This document shows positions 30,090 to 37,320 of a stretch of DNA of 37,320 bases, one piece after another. This DNA is from Macrostomum lignano. Taxonomy: Eukaryota. A program made the position numbers and the translations under genes. Numbering within the stretch: the stretch's first letter is position 1; each line of letters opens with the position of its first letter. The stretch spans positions 1 to 37,320 of the forward strand of contig NIVC01003862.1 in the NCBI GenBank assembly GCA_002269645.1, written 5' to 3'. A model generated the notes under the pieces. That model searched no databases, was not told where the DNA came from, and saw only the letters and a list, made by a program, of their open reading frames with translations.

Positions 30090-32129
30090 TTGAAGGGCGA
30101 GGGCCTTTCAAAACCGCAAAGCTCACGTTACCCTCATACGGTGGATCATGTACATGATCTCTAACCGTACGGTCACTGCCCAACTTCTCGGGCAAACTGC
30201 CTCCGCCAGAGTCTGTAAGGGCGGACCCCAAGGCGGAGTCCACACCCCGACGCTCTGGAACCTGGTCATGGACGCTCTTCTGGGCGACTCCCGACCTGAT
30301 CCCGTCCTAAAGTCGGGTATGCTGACGACGTCACTGCCATTGTGGCAGGGCCATCCCCCAGCACGCTCAGGGATCTGATGCAGAGCTTTATCCGCAAAGC
30401 AGAATCCTGGGCCAATGACAACGGTCTGGAACTATCTGAGCCCAAAACTGTTGCCATATGTTCACCCACAGAATACGCTGGAACATACGACCTCTGCAGC
30501 TATACGGCAGAGATATTGCCTTCGCGCACCAGACCAGATGTCTCGGGGTCATACTTGACCACCGGCTCAACTGGTCCTTCCACGTGAAAGCAAATGCCAA
30601 GCGTGCCTCAGCCATCCTGGCCCAGCTCCGACGAGCACTTGGCACCTCTTGGGGTCTATCCACAAAGCGACTTTGGTGGATCTACACTTCCGTAGTTAGA
30701 CCTGCCATTACGTACGCCTCGTTGTCTGGGTCAGCGCTACCCAGGTCAAAAGTCATGCAGATTTGCTCAACACGATCCAGGCAGAGCGTGTAGGCTTATC
30801 TGCAACGCCACCAGGTCCACGCCCTTTGCCGGCATGGGGGCCTTCCTTAATCTACCGCCTCTCGACCTCTTCGTCAGGGGTGAGGCGGCTAGAACGACGC
30901 GGCGTTTACTCGATGCCGGTGTCAAATTCCTTTACATGAGGGCACCTGCTAAGCGGAACCTCGTCCCGCATAGCGACCTGTGCCTCAACATTCTCAACGA
31001 GTGTCAGGCCAATCGCGTCTTCACCGATGGCATTGCCTCAACGCTCAACCTGAGACAACGCTACTCTGTAGCTATCGACTCATGCGATACCATCAATGAC
31101 CACTGGAACCCTGGTGAGCTTCATTGCTACACCGACGGTTCTAAACAGTCAGCCAACACCGGCTTTGGTGTTGGAATCTTCCTGAACGGAAGGGTCATCG
31201 CAACCCACGCTCAGTACACTGGGGTCAACTCCAGTGTCTTCCAAAATGAAGTTCTCGCCATCAGCTCCCGCATCGCAGAGGTCCTCGCCACTGGCGTTAC
31301 CGGTAAGAACATCATTTTCCATTCGGACAGCAAAGCTGCCTTGCACGCCATCAGTGGCTGCAGCACCAATTCTGATACAGTCCTCGACTGTATCAAACTC
31401 CTCAACGTGTTGATCTCCACCAACAAAATCACCCTTAAACGGATTCCGGGGCATATGGGGATCCGAGGAAATGAGTTGGCTGACGCCCTTGCAAAAGTTG
31501 GCGCCTCCGGCTCCTCTCTCGGTCCCGAACCCCTTGTCCCGATTCCTGGCTGTGTCATTGACTCGCGAATCAAAACGTGGATCAGGACCCAGCACCGCTC
31601 GACTTGGGCGAACTGCACTACCTGCAGGCAATCCAGAGGCGCTGTCCCTCAGCCCTCTCACCAGCTCCGGAAGCTCCTCTTGAGCCTCTCGCGCAGAGAC
31701 ATCCGGGCTGCCACCATGACCCTCTCAGGTCACGGCTGCTTCTCTAGGCACCAGTACCTGCAGGGCAACGCCACCAACGCCACCTGAAGCTTCTGTAACT
31801 CAGGTGACGAAACCGCTGAGCATTTCGTCAGCATCTGTCCCGCCTTTACGCGAGCCAGACTCACTTACCTCGGGTCACACACATCTATTACTGAAGCGTG
31901 CAAACCCGAAAACTTTAATCAGCTCATGCGCTGCCTTCGGGCCACCCGCAGGGCTGAACTCTCATTTCCAGAGAGCACTATAGCTGCTTGCGACACTGGG
32001 GGACCTCCCTGGGCGGCGCCAACCCTTCATCTATAGCGACGCGTCGGCCATTCAGGGATTAGCAGAATGGGTGTTCGCGCCTTCCCGCTGTGTCCCTCTG
32101 GGACAGCCAAGTAAGTCAAGTAAGTCAAG
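30090..32129 (+). mobile_element. 5'-truncated, inactivated non-LTR retrotransposon (RT + RNase H + CCHC; probably R1/LOA/I group)
   Basis: RT motifs PQGG..PTLWNL, GYADD, KT, LGVILD..LNW, IYTSVVRPAITYA. RNase H motifs YTDGSK, QNEVLAI, SDSKAAL, IPGHMGIRGNELADALAK. C-terminal (C to stop)SFC...ETAEHFVSICP. At least four frameshifts and a stop at 31785. 3' UTR ends in CAAGTAAGT repeats. Confidence 0.93.
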
Positions 32130-32789
32130 CCGATACATATGCATCAAGAGAGGTATATATATATCCAGCAATACCAAACACCTCTCTTGATACCAAACGT
32201 GTGCTATAATCGTATAAGTCTTTGGAGTGTGACCACTGACCACATTTAATTGTTGGGTAGGACCGCGAACCGCCGAGGACCGCCGAGGGGGGGGGAATAT
32301 TTGGTGTCCCATCCCTGCCTCTTGGTGGGCGCCCCTGTCTATGCATAGCAAAACGAGGGGGGGTAGAGCCACAGAGGGGCGGCAGCTGCCCTTTTACATG
32401 ATATAGGCACTGTCCGTGGCCCTTTGTTCTTTTGCGGTGATTGTCTGCAGCAATTAATTCACGGAAGCCTTCAGAGGTCTGGGGTTGGTCAGCTGGCATG
32501 ACCTTATTACGGAATGCTCGATTTTAACAGAAATTTGCGCTTTCAGTTTTGCACTAGCAATCTAGTGTCCCCCTTCGGAGCGCCCAAAAAGTAAGGAGCA
32601 AAAATTATTCATGAAAAAAATTAAAAGGCACATTTTCTTAAGAACCAATTCCTTCTTCAGTTTTAAAAATCACCTTATTCAATTAAAAATTGTCACGGAC
32701 AAAGATGTTTGCTATGAATCTCTTTTTTATTTAGCCAAAAAGCAACAAAATAAATTAGCTTTCATAAAGATAGCAGACTTCCCCGTAAA

Positions 32790-32970
32790 TAGAAAACATC
32801 CCCAAGACAGCAAGCATCCCCAGACAGAAAGCACCCCACCCTCCAAGAGTAAGCAACCGCAGATAGCAAGCATCCCCCCAGGTAGTAAGCATCCCCCCAG
32901 ATAGCAAGCATCCACCAGATAGCAAGAATCCTGCAGATGGCAAGCATCCCTGGACAGAAAGAATCTCATA
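32790..32970 (+). repeat. Degenerate ~18-20-bp tandem repeat (CAGATAGCAAGCATCCCC)
   Basis: About 8-9 imperfect units visible. Confidence 0.7.
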
Positions 32971-33109
32971 CATATAGACACATGCAGCTAGTACCCCTCT
33001 CTGTCAAATAACAAATACCCCCACCCCCCTCGAGAGAAAGCACCCCCGACTCCAAATACAATATTAAGCACCCCCCCCCCAGATTTAATAGAAAGCATAC
33101 ACCACACAG

Positions 33110-33932
33110 CAAGTAGCTAGTGCAAATATTTCCTCCGCTAATGCAAATCGCTTTCTCAGGTTGTACAATAACCTCTTCTCAGCTAGTAGTGCAATAATTA
33201 TTTTCTTATCGAATGCAATAATCCTTAACTCATCAAGTGCAAAAATCGGTCTCAGCTAGTGCAATAATCCCTCTCTAAGCTACGCTTTCTCAGGCTGTGC
33301 AATACATCAAAGTCTCAGCTAGCGCAATATTAATAATTCCTTTTTTCAGCTAACATATTAATATAATCCTCATCTGAGCTCAGGCGCATCGCCATGGATT
33401 TTATGGTGGCGGGACAAAGCCAACAATTATACATGTACATGTACGCTCGTACATAGCTAAATTCCTACATGTACATTATTTTCAGAATCGGTGCTGTCAG
33501 CGCTCATTTTAGCGCCGCCGCAAGCACTCATTTTGGCGCCGCAGGCCCACTCATTTTGGCGCCCGGGCACTTATTTTAGCGCCACCGGCGCTATGTTTTG
33601 TCGCCCTGCAGCAAAATTATTAATTTCCATAACGGGTCATAAGGTATATGGGGTGGGGGGACAAAGCATTGGCATGCCCTCCCAGATCTTTTTTACAAGT
33701 GGGAACATGTTCGTTGGCGACGCCCCTGTCTGAGCTAGTGCAATAATCCTTGCATGGCTTATCAAGTGCAATAATCCTTGCATGGCTTATCAAGTGCAAT
33801 AATCCTTGCATGGCTTATCAAGTGCAATAATCCTTGCATGGCTTATCAAGTGCAATAATCCTTGGCTTATCAAGTGCAATAATCCTCCGTTTATCAAGTG
33901 CAATAATCCTCGGCTTATCAAGTGCAATAATT
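33110..33932 (+). repeat. AGTGCAATAATCCT-based minisatellite, interrupted by a hAT element
   Basis: Degenerate units at 33110-33375. Four perfect 28-bp units at 33737-33848, then three 24-bp units. Confidence 0.8.
33381..33728. mobile_element. Non-autonomous hAT-type element (348 bp)
   Basis: Perfect 8-bp target-site duplication TCTGAGCT (33373-33380 and 33729-33736). Imperfect 14-bp TIRs CAGGCGCATCGCCA / TGGCGACGCCCCTG. Internal CTCATTTTGGCGCC subrepeats. Confidence 0.85.
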
Positions 33933-34605
33933 CTGGTCTTTTTAATTAGTTCGAATTAAGATTCGAACCCAGATCGCTGCATTATAGCAGTCTAGTCTGT
34001 TCGCATCTAGGCTAGCTCTCATCGAATTTATAAATGAATGTGTAGCACTTTATAATTTAACACTTACACCAAGTCAGTTATGGGACATAATCAGTTTCGC
34101 AGCCAGTCAATATCAGTCTCAGTTAGTTAACAATATCGTTCCGCTATATAAATCAGGTCTTTAGGTATGCTTTTACGCTGCGTTTTCACTACTGTGACGC
34201 AATTTAATTCAGTGTAAAAATTCAGCCAGTACACAGACTGAATAGATAAAAGCCTATTGTGATGCAATCTATTTCAGAATCAGAATTTAACCAGTCATTT
34301 TTTCTCTAGCATTCTTACAATGCATGTAAGTCGAAAGAGCTGCTTGACTTCAGCAAAAAGCATGTTTTTTCTAATGTTTAATCCATTTTACATTTAGCAA
34401 TTTATTAGCCCCGGTGCTTGTACGTCACGGGAAAACTTCTGATCGAATTGTGCAAGTTTTAACAAAATCGGTTAAGCCGTTTTTTCCTAAATCTATCTCA
34501 CACATACAGACAACTCATTTTTAGCATATGGGAAAAAATTCTCTGGAATAGGAAATTCATTTAACGTGTGTATTAGTGTTCCAATATACGTATATTTTAA
34601 ACTTG

Positions 34606-35334
34606 GGGTGCGTTCGAGTGACTTAAAATGACTTAAACTGCCATTTTAACGTCCTTAGTAAAACAAATGTTAAGCAGACTAAATGTAAAAATAATCTAGG
34701 TAAATGATAGTCAAATTACAATTAAGAATTAATTCAATTTCTAAAACCGGTCTAAGATTAAAAAAACGTCGCCTATACTTCTTCCAACTCAACCTGAACG
34801 CCTAGGCACCGTTTTAACTTCGCTCGCAATTACCACATTTAATCGTAATTGAATATTTTGTATTCTTCACCTTTGTTCTATCATTTGCTTTCACGTCTTT
34901 TTGCTCAGTTCGCTGCCCGTCATTATAGTCTTTGAATAATTGCTTAGTACTAATATCACAGTCAACTTATATACGAAGTATACCAAATCATATTGTCTAT
35001 AGATTGTATATTGCTGTCCTGACGTGACGTGACGTGAAATATGACGTGAAAGCAAATGATAGAACAAAGGTGAAGAATACAAAATATTCAATTACGATTA
35101 AATGTGGTAATTGCGAGCGAAGTTAAAACGGTGCCTAGGCGTTCAGGTTGAGTTGGAAGAAGTATAGGCGACGTTTTTTTAATCTTAGACCGGTTTTAGA
35201 AATTGAATTAATTCTTAATTGTAATTTGACTATCATTTACCTAGATTATTTTTACATTTAGTCTGCTTAACATTTGTTTTACTAAGGACGTTAAAATAAC
35301 AGTTTAAGTCATTTTAAGTCACTCGAACGCACCC
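34606..35334. mobile_element. Foldback/MITE-like element with 292-bp TIRs, probably PIF/Harbinger-related
   Basis: 34606-34897 is the reverse complement of 35043-35334, with 2 mismatches seen. Spacer is 145 bp. Termini GGGTGCGTTCG; flanked on both sides by the 3-bp direct repeat TTG. Confidence 0.88.
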
Positions 35335-37320
35335 TTGGAATCAAGCGTTTCTAAGAATTTTTATTTCCGCGATTAGACTTTCTTAGATAAAAACTGAAAA
35401 AGAAAATGAATCACTAGGCAGGCATGAGAGTTATTCTGTCTGATGATTAGGTTAGGCTAAGAATAGGGCTTGTTCATGTTTTTAAATAATAATATTTTGT
35501 TTATCCACAATTGAGGATACTATCTGGACATAAATTCTAACTTGATATGAAACCAACAATAGTCTCGACTCTTTAAGAGGCTAGGATAGGACTAAGTTTA
35601 CTAAAAGAACGAAACTAGGAAACCAGCAAATGCCACACTAAAACAAAGAAAGATGCACCAAGGGTGCCAAGTGCCAAACTGATAAAATAATCAAATTCTT
35701 ATAATTGAATTAAACTTTTAAATGCAAAAAAATAGGCCTAACTAATTAGGCCTAATTAAATTGCCAAATATCTAAGACTTGTTACTATTACTTAGGCAAT
35801 CTTCTAGTTCTAGGTTACTGTGTTAAATAATTCACAATATACCAATATTGATGGGCCACAGAGGGCAGAAATGAGCTATAATGGCTAACGCCGATGTCGC
35901 CAAGGAGTATCAGCTTGTTTCTGCCTGATGCAGCCTATCCATATTAGTGTTATAGTTAGCAGACCCACTGAGACTGTCTATGGTAAAATCCCATTTATTC
36001 CTATGTATTCAGTAGGTTTCATGGCCTACTGGAATTGTCTATGGCAAAGTTAGAAGAGAGCGGGGTCAAAGGGCCCTTTTTGGGGGTATAAAGGCAGAGC
36101 CCCATAATGCCCATATTAGCTACTAGCACACATACAGATTTTTTTACTTATTGAAGTTGGCTTGTTTCAACATGCCTAGGCTAACTAAAATATGAATAGT
36201 AGCTAATTTCACCTTGCATTATACATTAGGTCTATATATTTATACATTTATTTATATAAATTTTATTTATAAATAAAGTATAGGCCTTGGCTTCATATGC
36301 AATATATAATGATATTGGGTTACTTCTGCCTTCTAGAATAATCCCACTGAGCACTGATGCTACCAAAGTTGTAATAGTGCTGTTCCCCTGTCTTTAAACT
36401 TAAAGAATAGTCTAGGCCTAATTATAATACCAAGTTGTAATAGTGGTTTTGCTTTTGTGTTTATAAATATCCTAAAAGCTACCACCAACTGTTCTAGATC
36501 TAATTCTCTACTTTCTTAGAATTGGTCTGTGAACTGTTCTTGTATATATCTAAGTCTGATTATCTAAGTATCTGTGAATCTGTCTAGGTATATATTCTAC
36601 TGGTATATGTATTGCATATCATCTTTTTAGTCCTAGGCATTCTCAAGATTAGAGAATCAGGAAAGGGATAGCAGCAATTTGTATAGGTTTTTATGTTCAA
36701 TCTATGCTTGCAATATAGGAGTATGTAACTCTCAGTCAATTTTTATTACTAATTCCCATTGAAAAAGTTATGCAACTGCATAGGCATAAAGGTGAGCAAG
36801 GTGCACAAGAGGCACTTATATTTACTGGCCTATTTTGTGTGTGTTTTGGAAATGCATATGTATGCACCTATTTATGCTATGACTTAATTCTTTTTGAAAA
36901 AAATAGTTTAATTAGAAATATATATACCCACCTTTCAAATTCATCTTTTATACATTTTCTGTGCCCCTACTGCACCTCCCATGCACCTGCTTTGCCTCAC
37001 TTGTGAGCCTACTGTTCATGTTTTATGCACCTCGAGTGCCCCTTATACACCTTTACTACCCCTATTGCCTCAACCAATCAAAATTGAGAATTCCCCTAAT
37101 GCCTAACCACTTCATCAATTGTACACCTTTCATGCCTCTTTTCAAAAATATTGGTGAAATTTAGGCATAAAAGGTGCACTCAGGTACATTTCCACAACAC
37201 GCATAAAATAGGCCACTAATATGCCTTTTTGTGCATCTCGCTCACCTTTTATGCCTATATAGGTGCATAACTTTTCCAATGGTTCAGTGTATTCCCTAAA
37301 TTTATGTGAAAAAGATGTAA

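Noticed and set aside
32143-32191. 12-bp hairpin as a possible pre-miRNA
   Set aside because: The stem is too short and the 25-nt loop is low-complexity.
32324-32345. Orphan hAT-like terminus GGTGGGCGCCCCTG
   Set aside because: I found no matching left TIR or TCTATGCA duplication in the window.
35400-37320. Short ORFs and loosely repeated TGCACCT/CCTAGG motifs at the right end
   Set aside because: AT-rich, with no consistent period, termini or protein motifs that I can support.

Overview
This is eukaryotic (animal) genomic DNA: GC-rich exons, AT-rich GT-AG introns, SINEs, a LINE, DNA transposons and satellites. The composition suggests an invertebrate, possibly a free-living flatworm such as Macrostomum, but that is unverified inference. 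From left to right the window holds: (1) an intronless C-type lectin + PAN/apple-like gene with a 1-nt frameshift; (2) a 2.3-kb 8-bp satellite; (3) a 14-exon cyclic-nucleotide-binding-domain gene that I reconstructed by hand (733 aa, minus strand); (4) three tandem intronless DXD (GT32-type) glycosyltransferase genes; (5) a possible decayed coding segment; (6) an intronless MFS transporter; (7) a 5'-truncated RT-RNase H LINE; (8) a hAT MITE inside a minisatellite; (9) a Harbinger-like foldback element with 292-bp TIRs. The most interesting structure is the glycosyltransferase array. The middle copy looks like a chimera from unequal crossover, mappable to about 7 bp. The catalytic cores are homogenised while the C-terminus of copy 3 is strongly divergent. 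One duplicated unit carries a one-ended mariner. No CRISPR array, rRNA or true tRNA gene is supported. All alignments were done by eye, and several single-base frameshifts may be assembly errors.
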